DNA of 64,000 nt. It comes from Eledone cirrhosa. Its lineage: Eukaryota. The notes under the pieces were generated by a model. That model was given only the letters and a program-made list of their open reading frames with translations. It had not been told where the DNA came from and made no database searches. The DNA is taken from NCBI GenBank assembly GCA_964016885.1, contig OZ024743.1, forward strand, positions 324,446,001 through 324,510,000, read 5' to 3'. Numbering within the stretch: position 1 is the first letter of the stretch; every line of letters begins with the position of its first letter. Both the position numbers and the translations under genes were made by a program. Below are positions 37,066-49,716 of the stretch, piece after piece.

Positions 37066-38373
37066 CGAGGGGGCATCAAAAAGTTCGCTGAATTTTTCAG
37101 AAAATATTCTATTTTTCCAAAAATATGATTTACCTTCAATTTATTTTTCTACATAGTTGCCATCCAGGTCAAAACACTTCACAAAGCGATGCTTCCAACT
37201 CCGTCAGCCGTGTCTAAAGAAATTTGAAGGCGTTGTTCGAAGCCATGTGTTGGCAGTGTTTTTAGCTTCTTCAACACCACTAAAACGGGTTCCTTTTAGC
37301 ATTTCTTTGAGTTTTGGAAAGAGGAAAAAGTCTGATGGGGCTAAATCTGGACTATAAGGCGGGTGAGGAAGCACTTCCCATCGAATTCTCGAAGAACTTC
37401 TTTTGCAACCCGCGCAGAATGCGCTGGTGCATTGTCATGGTCAAACAAGATCCCACCATGAAGTTTCCCTTTTCGTTTCTTGACTAATGCCTCTTTCAGT
37501 TTCCTTAAAGCATTTGCATAGTAAGCTCTTGTCACAGTTCTTTGACCTTCAAGATAATCTATTAGTATCACCCCATCTGAATCCCAGAAAATGGTGGCCA
37601 TCACTTTTTTATCCGACTTTTGAGATTTGAACTTGAATGGCCCCGATGATCCACGTGGAAGCCACTGTTTTGACTGCTGTTTGGATTCAGGATCATACTG
37701 GTAGATCAGGTTTCATCTCCGGTGATGATTCTGGTCAGGAAATGCTCTTCATCAACTTCAATTTTGTTTAATATCGCCAAAGACAGATCACTTCGAAGAA
37801 TCAGCTGATCAGGGCGCAACGCTTTTGGGACCCATCGCACTGAAAGTTTGCTTAGTCCCAAATTATCGTGCAGAATTGAATTTACCGAACCATATGAAAT
37901 GTCTAGGGACTTAGCTAACTGATTAACTGTTATTCTTCGATCTTCTTCAATTAAAGTCTGAGCAGCCTCAACGTTTGGTCATTTTTTGATGTTCCTAGTC
38001 TTTCACTGCGATGGTTGTCTTCAAGGTCGTCTCTCCCTTGTTTGAATCGATGAATCCACTTGTAGACAGCAGTTTTCTTTGGAGCAGTAGTACCGCAAAC
38101 TTTAACTAAAGCCTCCATAATCTGTGTCCTTTTCCATTTGAGTTTCACCAGAAACTTGATATTCGATCTTATCTCAAAATAACTATTTTCCATTGTTCCA
38201 AAAAGAGTTTTTTTAAAGAGTGTCAGTACTGTACAATAGTCCGCGCATAACTGACTGCAAGTAACCAAATAGCAAGGTAAACACCCAATGACAATGTTGT
38301 GACATGTTTAATATTGTTTTAACCTATTTTTTTCTTACTACGATAAAATTCCGCGAACTTTTTGATCCCCCTC

Positions 38374-38374
<1 letters not shown>
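37066..38374 (-). mobile_element. Full-length Tc1/mariner (mariner-type) transposon in (TA)n
   Basis: TIRs CGAGGGGGCATCAAAAAGTTCGC / GCGAACTTTTTGATCCCCCTCG flanked by TA; ~1.3 kb. Confidence 0.93.
37141..38193 (-). pseudogene. Mariner transposase, disrupted
   Basis: HTH (AVYKWIHRFKQGR), WVPK, ITGDET, MATIFWD, HDNAPAH, YSPDLAPSDF, ends DGNYVEK*; frameshifts. Confidence 0.9.
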
Positions 38375-38422
<48 letters not shown>

Positions 38423-38423
<1 letters not shown>

Positions 38424-39504
38424 TAGCAGAGGTACCTGGCGTTGCTCGGGTATTAAATAGCAGTTGTGTATACCATTTATGTCAATACTTCAGTGCTGCT
38501 TCGAAAACTATACTTTTACAAAATCAGCGGCTTTTTCCAAAAGGGGGTTCCTTCCCCTAGGGGTCCCCTACTCAATATGTGCCAATTCTGAGAGTTCACA
38601 TTCATCTGTAGGACAAACGTAGCCCATGTGTCAAGTTTTGTGAAAATCGGTTGCGAACTCCAGAAGTTATGACGTTTTGTTGCATTGCACTGCAGTGCTT
38701 CAGTCGACTCCAAGAAAGTGGTTAAAGGAGGTTATCTGCCGGGAGGCCCTATAATCAATATCTGGAAAAATGAAAGTGCCCAGGACCATCCGGAGTACAT
38801 AAGTAACCAATGTCTTAAGTTTGGTGAAAATACTGTAGAAATGCATAAGGTTTATACATACGCGTTAGTGCGCGCGTGCATGTATGTGTGTGTGTGGGGG
38901 GGGGGGGTATGTATTTGTGTGTGCGTATGTATGTGTATGTCCGTCGAGGCATACGTATGTACTGGCCTAAATCTTCACTATTTACTTTTACTATTTTAAT
39001 AACCTCTGTCATTTTCGTTTTCAATTTTATTTACATCATTCTTAAACTCCGGGGCTGGAAATCATTCTGTTATTTTAAATAGAATATTAGTCTAACGACT
39101 CCATTTATACCATAACCTTGGTCTTGTCTTTACATGAAATTGTTCTTCTCGCTCCACATAACGACGTATTATCCTCGCTTTTTTCCCGTTCATTGCCAGG
39201 GAACGTCTTCACGAACCAAAATATCGCCTTCCTGTTTTCGTTCGGTTGCAATGTTTCTCAACATATTTACTTCTGCGTTCACAGATTACTCTCAGTTCAA
39301 TTTGAATGGGAAATTCCTGTTTCATCGATTTTCTCCGTAACCATGGAAGCTTGTAGCTTAAAAGTCGACCCAACGCCTCCTCGGGTTATTCTGCATAACT
39401 GTGTAAATTTTCGCTGCATTCCACCAAGCCGTTTCGACGTTTATCCGACTACACCTACTTACTTAAATATATAACGTCCGACCACTTCCAATTTATATAG
39501 TAGA
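38423..39504 (-). mobile_element. Non-autonomous Helitron
   Basis: Minus strand starts A|TCTACTATATAAA and ends with GC hairpin CCCGAGCAACGCCAGG followed by CTAG|T. Confidence 0.75.
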
Positions 39505-39539
39505 TATATATATATATAGAGAGAGAGAGAGATAGGGGA

Positions 39540-39816
39540 TGTAAAATCTGGGATTTGACATATCTCTATACCCACTCTCCCCAGGCATTGAGTACTCCCA
39601 TGATATAAAAATCAGGATGAATTCAGTTTGAAACTGGTTAGACTATTACTCACTAGAGTACTCGATACTTGGGGTAGTAGAGTATAGTTATATTATAAAG
39701 AGTTGGGACTCGACAGCTGAGCCCTTGCCATTTCAACAGTTAGTTCCAGGCTGATTGTCGAAGGGCTTGGTGGTTAACTGGCTGTATCATCAGGTGGGGT
39801 TGTTTGTCCAAATAAG

Positions 39817-39877
<61 letters not shown>

Positions 39878-39969
39878 TTTGTGCTGCTGATATCGGGGAG
39901 ACCACTAATCATGGGAGTACTCAATGCCTGGGGAGAGTGGGTATAAAGAATGTAAAATCCCAGATCTTA

Positions 39970-39971
<2 letters not shown>
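39540..39971. repeat. ~65-bp diverged inverted repeats; related sequence at ~63192-63280
   Basis: TGTAAAATCTGGGATTTGACA..TACCCACTCTCCCCAGGCATTGAGTACTCCCATGAT and its reverse complement at 39908-39971. Confidence 0.65.
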
Positions 39972-40036
<65 letters not shown>

Positions 40037-40082
40037 CCTCTCTCTCTCTCTCACTCTCTCTCTCTCTTTCTCTCTATATATA

Positions 40083-40125
<43 letters not shown>

Positions 40126-40195
40126 AACAAGGTTTAGCAAATAATGAAAATGTTTCAAAATAAATTTTAAAAAATTGACTTTACCTACTATAGTT

Positions 40196-40278
40196 ACCTT
40201 TACCGATCGGTTTCGAATCCCAAAAATAAACGGAGACCATACGGCCTTCGTTGCAAAGAAAGATTCTCGTCAGAAGGT
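40196..40278 (-). ncRNA. Type-I hammerhead ribozyme, copy 1
   Basis: ACCTT-CTGACGA-GAATCTT..GGGATTC-GAAA-CCGATCG-GTA-AAGGT; complete core, stem I ACCTT/AAGGT, stem III palindrome ACCGATCGGT, GUA cleavage triplet. Confidence 0.85.
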
Positions 40279-40680
40279 TCTTTTCATTCGAAGAATATAA
40301 AATTCTTGAATTTAAATTACGAACTAGCGCTATCCAAAACTGTTCCTGAGATGAGAGTGAATGAAGTGGAATCAATTTTTTCAAGGGCCGAAGTAAAGAT
40401 AGAGGCAGAGGGAGGTAGGTCAAACCGGCCGCAACTATCACTAGCAGCAGTCGGAACGACCCAATTTGTCTCTCAACAATAGAGGAGAGTAGTAATAATA
40501 GGATATGTGTTCCTTCACGCACAAGGCGCTGAGGGACACATGTATTGTCCAACCAAATGCCAATGTGGTTCAATGGCAGGTTAATAAATTAACGAGCCAG
40601 AACATATATAAACAAGGTTTAGCAAATAATGAAAAAGTTTCAAAATAAATTTTAAAAAATTGACTTTACCTACTATAGTT

Positions 40681-40763
40681 ACCTTTACCGATCGGTTTCG
40701 AATCCCAAAAATAAACGGAGACCATACGGCCTTCGTTGCAAAGAAAGATTCTCGTCAGAAGGT
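40681..40763 (-). ncRNA. Type-I hammerhead ribozyme, copy 2
   Basis: Identical to copy 1. Confidence 0.85.
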
Positions 40764-41165
40764 TCTTTTCATTCGAAGAATATAAAATTCTTGAATTTAA
40801 ATTACGAACTAGCGCTATCCAAAACTGTTCCTGAGATGAGAGTGAATGAAGTGGAATCAATTTTTTCAAGGGCCGAAGTAAAGATAGAGGCAGAGGGAGG
40901 TAGGTCAAACCGGCCGCAACTATCACTAGCAGCAGTCGGAACGACCCAATTTGTCTCTCAACAATAGAGGAGAGTAGTAATAATAGGATATGTGTTCCTT
41001 CACGCACAAGGCGCTGAGGGACACATGTATTGTCCAACCAAATGCCAATGTGGTTCAATGGCAGGTTAATAAATTAACGAGCCAGAACATATATAAACAA
41101 GGTTTAGCAAATAATGAAAAAGTTTCAAAATAAATTTTAAAAAATTGACTTTACCTACTATAGTT

Positions 41166-41248
41166 ACCTTTACCGATCGGTTTCGAATCCCAAAAATAAA
41201 CGGAGACCATACGGCCTTCGTTGCAAAGAAAGATTCTCGTCAGAAGGT
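41166..41248 (-). ncRNA. Type-I hammerhead ribozyme, copy 3
   Basis: Identical to copy 1. Confidence 0.85.
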
Positions 41249-41650
41249 TCTTTTCATTCGAAGAATATAAAATTCTTGAATTTAAATTACGAACTAGCGC
41301 TATCCAAAACTGTTCCTGAGATGAGAGTGAATGAAGTGGAATCAATTTTTTCAAGGGCCGAAGTAAAGATAGAGGCAGAGGGAGGTAGGTCAAACCGGCC
41401 GCAACTATCACTAGCAGCAGTCGGAACGACCCAATTTGTCTCTCAACAATAGAGGAGAGTAGTAATAATAGGATATGTGTTCCTTCACGCACAAGGCGCT
41501 AAGGGACACATGTATTGTCCAACCAAATGCCAATGTGGTTCAATGGCAGGTTAATAAATTAACGAGCCAGAACATATATAAACAAGGTTTAGCAAATAAT
41601 GAAAAAGTTTCAAAATAAATTTTAAAAAATTGACTTTACCTACTATAGTT

Positions 41651-41733
41651 ACCTTTACCGATCGGTTTCGAATCCCAAAAATAAACGGAGACCATACGGC
41701 CTTCGTTGCAAAGAAAGATTCTCGTCAGAAGGT
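41651..41733 (-). ncRNA. Type-I hammerhead ribozyme, copy 4
   Basis: Identical to copy 1; the array ends ~4 nt beyond it. Confidence 0.85.
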
Positions 41734-41791
41734 TCTTTGGACAATACATGCGTCCCTTAGCGCCTTGTGCGTGAAGGAACACATATCCTAT

Positions 41792-41824
<33 letters not shown>

Positions 41825-41849
41825 GCACATATATATGTTTATATGTATG

Positions 41850-41909
<60 letters not shown>

Positions 41910-42042
41910 GTGGATGGATACTTCAACAGGTACAATGTACTTGTAGAAATATTCAAGTTACAGTAACAGCATCTGAACAGGTGATTATTTAATCATTTTT
42001 TAATTTATTTAGAAAATTGTTTAATAACCGTTTGTTTCGCTA

Positions 42043-42578
<536 letters not shown>

Positions 42579-43955
42579 GAAGGCGTGTGGCTGAGTGGTT
42601 AGAGAATTGGATTCGCAATCATAAGGTTGTGAGTTCGATTCCTGGACCAGGCGATGCGTTATGTCCTTGAGCAAGACACTTTATTTCACGTTGCTCCTTC
42701 TACCTGGAGTTGCGACCGATAGATAGTATTAGCAATTGGAAAGACCAACGGAAACATTGTTCCCTCGGTCCGATTTGACGAAAGTCGATCGATAAGAAAA
42801 AAAAAAAAATATATATATATATACATATATATATATAATAATGATAATTAATAATAATAATACTGAAACGAAGTCATCGGATACGACCAATGTACCTTCG
42901 GTCGTTTTCCCAATTACTCAATGCTTTAATTAAGCCAGTAACATTAAGATATTAATAATAAGCCAGTAACATTAAGATACTTAATACGTTAAGTAGTGAG
43001 AAAAACGATTTCGTGTGGGTAGAGAATGTTATTCTCTGGCGCCGGACTAATGCATTAGTTTCTTCTACTCCATCTGCTGGCGACAGTCCATATGAAGCTG
43101 GCGTGCACAGAAATTAGGTAATGCAATTTAGCATTACGTAATCGGCTAAGATATGAATGCGGTATCGAAACTTCTTAACCACTGGTCCATGCCAGAGTCC
43201 ATACGGGAAGGAAATTAACCTCAAATAGAAACCATATTCGTCTGCCATACAGGGCTCATCAGAATCCTAGATCTGCTTCTATGGAGCTAGCTACTATTAA
43301 GATAATGTATTACAATAATTATCCAATTTGGAATATATTGGTAAAACATTTATCTCAAATTACTTTTCTGTAGACAAAGTCACAACTCCCACATTCACAA
43401 ATATAAATCGATAGATGCTGATATAAAGGTGAGTTTCAATGTATCCATAGCCGGAGGTAATGGATACATTGAAACTCACCTTTATATCAGCATCTATCTA
43501 ATAAAATACAAGGAATTATCGGGAAACTATTTTTATCCAGACAATGGCGTTCGAGAGGTTTAGCGGAGCTGAGCCGCTGACGACGTGGTTCTTTTTGCTA
43601 GCAACTCGCCTTACCAACGTATCAGGTGATATTCTTAGTGAAGATACTTGATAATTCCAGTGTCTTAGCCTCGCTATCACCGCGGAGATGCTGTGAGAGA
43701 GTTGATTTGCCTATTGTTAGAGGGAAGCTACAGCGCCACCTGTAGGGTCTAATTGAGTGCGCATGTCTTCTACGTTTCTAAACACTCTTAAATATATACA
43801 CACGCATACATACACATACACAAAAAACCCACGCCCGCACATGTGCGCAGACACACAGACACAGACACAGACACAGACACACACACACAGACACAGACAC
43901 ACACACACAGACACAGACACACACACACACACATATATTTATATATGTATAAATG

Positions 43956-44149
43956 GAATAGAATGAAACGAAATTTCATTTCTCACTCTTAGTACGGCAA
44001 TTACTTAAATGTAAGTATGTATGTATACGTACATACATATATGTATACAGACGTACAGTAGCATGCATATATATATATATACATATATACATACAGGCAC
44101 ACATATATATATGCACGTATCAGTTTACCGAACATTTATTATAATGTTC
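43956..44149 (-). repeat. Uninterrupted paralogue of the repeat split by the LTR element at 121-2066
   Basis: Reverse complement matches 1-120 joined to 2071-2134. Confidence 0.85.
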
Positions 44150-44462
44150 GCTTTGTTCGTTTGTAAACAAACGAACAGCCTGATTTACGCCGTACAGTGT
44201 TTAGGCAACCACGTCACCTTTTTGTTCAACACTGACACAGGAACGATGTACTAGTTTCAAGCTTGTTAGCTATCGTCAGCACCGTATACCTTTCTGCCAG
44301 ATGGTTGAACGTCCGATATATGTATATATATATATATGTATGTGTGTGTGTTTGAACATATGTGTGTGTGTGTGTATGTATATATATATATATTTATATA
44401 CGCACGCACGCACACACACACACACACACACACACATATTCATACATGTATGTATGGATATG

Positions 44463-44495
<33 letters not shown>

Positions 44496-45238
44496 GTGTG
44501 TATACACAAAAGTCTACACAAACACTATTTGCAGTCAAATAAAGACATATTGTGCACACACACAGACACACACAGACACAGACACACACACACACAGACA
44601 CACACACACACACATAGACACTTAATATATATGGGAATATAGGTTAAAGTGCATTCGTTTTGCCTTGTTTATGTTCGTTGTTCACTCTTAGCTTATTTTC
44701 CTAATTTTATTACCACTAATCTGTGACGAACGCTTTCTTTCTTCTCACCCAATAATTTCAATGGAATGCATTTTTAACACCACCTCTTACTTTCTTCTTC
44801 TTAACTTTTCAACCTTTTCTTTTTCTTTTTCTTTTTCTTTTTCTTTTTCTTTTTCTTTTTCTTTTTCTTTCTTTACATACTTTTTTCACGAGACTACATT
44901 GGTATAAAAAGCACTATACCTTCTCCTAAGTCGCCTCATAAAAATCTATGTGTACCGGTTATGGCTTAACTGTTGTAAGATTTTCTTCTGTCTTGTCTTT
45001 TACTCCGCGGACAATGCTTTGGTTTGCATCAGACGCTGTAACCCCGCTGTAACCTGTCGGTAGGGGTCGGAACTGCCAGAAAGTCCATCTCGACGGCTGA
45101 AGACCTTGGTGTTCTGAATCTTTTGTTTCTCTTTTTATTTTCAAAAAACAAAATTTTAAGGTTGCCCCTTCAAATAATGTTTTTTCGTTTTGCTTTGTTT
45201 TCGTTTCGTTGTCGACTCTGAATTTATTTTCCTAATTT

Positions 45239-45273
<35 letters not shown>

Positions 45274-45460
45274 CAGACACACATAGATATACATACACAC
45301 ACATATATATATATATACGAACACACACATATGTACATCCCCATATGCATATGCATATATACACGCACATACGTATGCACACACGTATATATACACTAAT
45401 ATAGACGTGCGCTGGTGCAAACACACAAAGGCACACACATCTATATATACATCACATAAT

Positions 45461-46586
45461 TCAAGAAAGAAGATTGACATGGTTCGCTATACAATAAGGG
45501 CTTTATTCACATTGCTGACAATTGTTTCTTTGATCTGGCAGGTCTAGAGTTCGCTATCCGCCTGATTATGCGCCAATCGATCTCCAATACTTTGTTTATA
45601 ACCAGTCGTTTTCATCGGAGTGCCCATAAATCAATCCTACCTTCGCTGTTACCCACTTCTTCGGACCAAGGATTTATATCTTTCATTAGAACTCATGATC
45701 TCTAACAGATGAACCTAATTCTAAGTACATTATCTTATTACTCCTACACCCCTTGAAATCTCACTTTCCTCTTATTCTTCTTATTCTTCTTCTTATTATT
45801 ATGAACATCTCAATACAGCCCTAATATTATTCATCATGTTCTATATATCTACCATGCACATTTTACTATTTTACTACCTTTATTGCTTCTATTATTGTTG
45901 TTTATACACGATTTGTTATTGATGCTGTGAAAACTAAACCCCCACGATTCGAACTAACAACCCCTACCTTTAGTATGGGCCACTTAAATAACGAATCTAC
46001 AACTCCATTTAACACCACATAAAAACTATCATCCTCACTAAATTAATAAAACGAAAATGTGTATCTGTCAAATAAAAAAATAAAAAGTAAATCTCGGGTT
46101 TATTGCTAGAATACCTACAGCACAGTGGATACCTCCTAAATTCTGTCTCCAAGTACATCTTAATGGTTACTGTTATCTAGTCGCTACCCCATCACTATAT
46201 CTAATGTACCTTATAGCAGTTTTCACACGTCAATTCCATACATCTGTATCATATCAGTCTGTTTAACATGCTAGATTCTTCATTATACTCTATCTCTTAC
46301 TTACATTGATGTTATTATTTTAATAGTCTGCTATCTAGTTATTTTATTTTATCATTGATATTATTGTGCTGGTTTAATACCACACTTATATAAAACCATG
46401 CCTTATGTATCTTCTTCATTTCACCCGCTCCGATGAAATCGACTGGTTATAAAAAAGTATTGGAGATCGATCGGCGCAAAATCACTCGTATAGCGAACTC
46501 TAGACCTACCAGATCAAAGAAACAATTGTCAGCAATGTGAATAAAGCCCTTATTGTATAGCGAACCATGTCACTCTTCTTTCTTGA
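45461..46586. mobile_element. PLE-like fragment bounded by ~160-bp inverted repeats containing a variant hammerhead
   Basis: 45461-45620 is the reverse complement of 46428-46586; gct-CCGATGA..GAAA-CAATTG-TC-agc. Confidence 0.6.
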
Positions 46587-47022
46587 TTTATTATTACTCC
46601 AAGTATAAACTACATAGAAATCACCGCGAATTCGCAGAATCACTATGGAGACGTCTTGTTGAGTCAAACTAAGCCACACGTTAATACTATCCACTACAAG
46701 AACTACTCCAACTGGACTACATCTAAGTGGACTGCCATAACGATAACCTGTTATCCCGTATACATCACATATATAGAAATATATTTAATATAAAGAGTCG
46801 TGTGCTCATGCACGTAGATGCTATAAAATATCTTATAAAATAGGGTAAAAATCCTTAAAGATGGAAAAAGAAGTTGTCATCGGCCAATGTCAATTTCTTT
46901 TCCCGTCTTTAAGGGTCTCCACTTTATTTTATAAGATAATTTATAGCATCTCCGTGCATGAGCATACTTCTCTTTATATTAACTTTATCCATTCAGCAAG
47001 CAAGAGATCGGCTACATATACA

Positions 47023-47079
<57 letters not shown>

Positions 47080-47205
47080 TTATTCCGGGTTGAATCGGAG
47101 GTAACCACAGTAAGTAAGGTACTCAATACATAGCAGAGTATATTTGTTTTAATATAGAAGAGCTTCTTCAGGACTAGAACTGTTTCATTCGTGAGAAATA
47201 ATCAG

Positions 47206-47258
47206 GAGCTTCCTGATGATTTCTCACGAATGAAACAGTTCTAGTCCTGTAGAAGCTC
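47206..47258 (+). ncRNA. Type-I hammerhead ribozyme motif
   Basis: gagcttc-CTGATGA-tttc(tcac)gaat-GAAA-cag(ttctagtc)ctG-TA-gaagctc; 7-bp stem I, 4-bp stem III; U-U at the base of stem II. Confidence 0.7.
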
Positions 47259-47262
47259 TTCT

Positions 47263-47302
<40 letters not shown>

Positions 47303-47426
47303 CTATATATATATATATATATTTGACTTTTCTTCTCTTTCCCTGCTTTCCTTTACTATCCAAGAAAAAACTTGAACCGTTAAGTTCCTCTTCCTGGACA
47401 TGTCAATATTTATAAAACAAACTTTG

Positions 47427-47487
47427 TATTTTATCTGATGAGTGCGTACCAAAGTTTTGGTACCCTTGAAATATATATAATAGAATA
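47427..47487 (+). ncRNA. Type-I hammerhead motif (same family as 28239)
   Basis: tattttat-CTGATGA-gtgcgtaccaa..ttggtaccctt-GAAA-tatatATA-atagaata; mirror copy ~47651-47712 on the minus strand. Confidence 0.6.
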
Positions 47488-47554
47488 AATATGGTTTTAT
47501 AAATATCGTTTCCATTTATTTAATATCATTGAATATATACACATACACACACAC

Positions 47555-47602
<48 letters not shown>

Positions 47603-47611
<9 letters not shown>

Positions 47612-49010
47612 GATATTAAATAAATGGAAACTATATTTATAAAACCATATTTATTCTATTATATATATTTCAAGAGTACCAACATTTTGGTACGCACTCA
47701 TCAGATAAAATACAAAGTTTGTTTTGTAAATATTGACATGTCCAGGAAGAGGATCTTAACGGTTCAAGTTTTTCCTGGATAGTAAAGGAAAGAAGGGAAA
47801 GAGAACAAAAGTCAAATATTTCAAATTATTAAGATGAGTATGCAAATGAGGTTGAGGTATAGGGCTGAAAAAAAACGTTATTTTTAGACGCTAGGTAGAT
47901 TTAAATAATTATTAGGATATATATATATATGTATGTATAGGAAGAAGAAAGAGAAAGAAAGAAAAGCTTGTATTTACGTGAATTTAAAAAGAATTAACAG
48001 TTTGTAGGAATGGTGGAATATGATTCCAGAATTTAAAAAAGATTATTTAGCTATATTATGAGTTATAATATTGTATATATAATCAATTAGATTATATGAA
48101 GAATTATGGTTGTAAGTACATTTTATCTTATTACATTACAGCAGGTATATAAACATCTATATAGATTAATAATTGTGCAAGTATAAGTATTATTGGTGAT
48201 TTTATAGAAATAAACCACACGTATTAATTGTTTACATTTCCAATATGAGTTACGAAGGATGTTGATTTTACATTTTACATAAATATTTAAGAAAAAGACG
48301 TAGTTCAAATTGTAAGAGGAGAACAATTTGTAGATTCAAATATTTTCTTCCAACATTGAAAATGTTTTCAGAATATTGTTAATTTAGCGAAATTATATAA
48401 TTTATCAGACAAGTTATCTCTGTTTGCTCAATTGTAAAGGAAAAGATAACTCCAAACCATTAAATTTGATGAATGATTTACTTAGAAAGTATGTAGAGAA
48501 AATTATATATTATTTTATGTGAGATTATAAGGTATTTTATATTATGTTTTTCAAGGATGAGAATTTCAATTACATATTATTTACGCCGAAAGATGTGTGA
48601 AAAGTTTGAAGATTAAAAAGAGGAAAAAATGTATCAAGAGTGCATTTCGAAGAACTATCGTAAAGAGGATAACTTTCAGAATGTCAATTAAAGAGTATCA
48701 ATCTACATATAAAAAAATAGATTAAGAAGAGTATCATTAGGAAAAAAAAATCAAATTGTAAAAATACTAAATTTAAGAAGGAAGATCATTTAACATTTTT
48801 TAATTTTTAAAGAAAAACTCAGTAAATAATAGGATTATTTTAAAGGTGTATAAGATATAGTCAAGTGTAATGAATATCATAGATTAAAAATACTTCGGAA
48901 AGTGGAATTTTGGCGATGTCTGCAAGCAGAAAATAGTTCTGTTTTTAAATTAATAGAGTTTTGACAGTTAATTATATAAACAATTTACTCTATACACAAA
49001 TATCCCTTTT
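47603..49010 (-). mobile_element. Penelope-like 3' end (GIY-YIG tail + UTR + hammerhead)
   Basis: Minus translation near 48900-49000 LCIE*IVYIINCQNSINLKTELFSACRHR matches the PLE C-terminus; the terminal ~215 bp are duplicated in inverted orientation at 47319-47535. Confidence 0.65.
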
Positions 49011-49119
49011 GCTTATATATATATATATGTATGTAAAAGGTAAACAGAAATAACAACACAATCAGTACAGTATATGGAAGGTATACAGTAGGTTAATGCT
49101 TGATATAGCAGGAAGAGGG

Positions 49120-49155
49120 TCTTAACGTTTCGGACGCTAGTCCTTCATCAGAAGA
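49120..49155 (-). ncRNA. Minimal PLE-type hammerhead
   Basis: tctt-CTGATGAA-GGAC(tagc)GTCC-GAAA-CGTT-aaga. Confidence 0.7.
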
Positions 49156-49382
49156 AAGAATGAGAAATAAAATAGATTGAGGAGACGGGCGGGATGGAAT
49201 TGGAAAAAATGTCTTTAGATAAAAATTACTGGTCCATTCATGTTGACATCTCTTGCAAAACTGTTGGTGCTGGCGTTTTGTGTATGATTTATTTTTTAGA
49301 AAAGTGGATGATGGAGCGCGTCTACCTGAAATGGAAAAAAAAACGTTTTGTAAAAAGAGCTATACTTGAGCACGTGCGTAAG

Positions 49383-49451
<69 letters not shown>

Positions 49452-49716
49452 CTGTGTGTATGTTGTTATAGGTTTGTACGAAGCTAAGTATGTTAATATA
49501 AGGGTGTGTATCGGCATGTATTAGTTGTAAGAGAAGATGCTAATGATCAAGAGAAAGCGATAGGAATCTAGGAGTGTGATAATGGACGGGGTATTAGAGA
49601 AATTGGGGAGGTGAGTTGAGTCCAAGAGGGGAATAGGACCCAAGGCGGTGAATCAGACTTTGTTCAGTCCCGGTGCGCAAGGCCTGTGATCCATGATGTA
49701 AAAGGACACCTAGGAC

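Larger units (their letters stand above)
40125..41795 (-). mobile_element. Candidate non-LTR retrozyme: 485-bp tandem array (3.3 units, 4 hammerheads) with terminal inversion
   Basis: Units start at 40125, 40610, 41095, 41580 with only isolated substitutions; one hammerhead per unit; 41737-41795 is an inverted copy of part of the unit; (TA)n on both sides. Confidence 0.8.

Noticed and set aside
40181-40573. 130-aa ORF repeated in each 485-bp unit
   Set aside because: Non-ATG start, no recognisable motif, truncated by a substitution in copy 3; identity reflects the repeat itself.
43040-43085. GAAACTAATGCATTAGTC palindromic stem III on the minus strand
   Set aside because: Upstream core reads CAGATGG with no stem II; too decayed to call.
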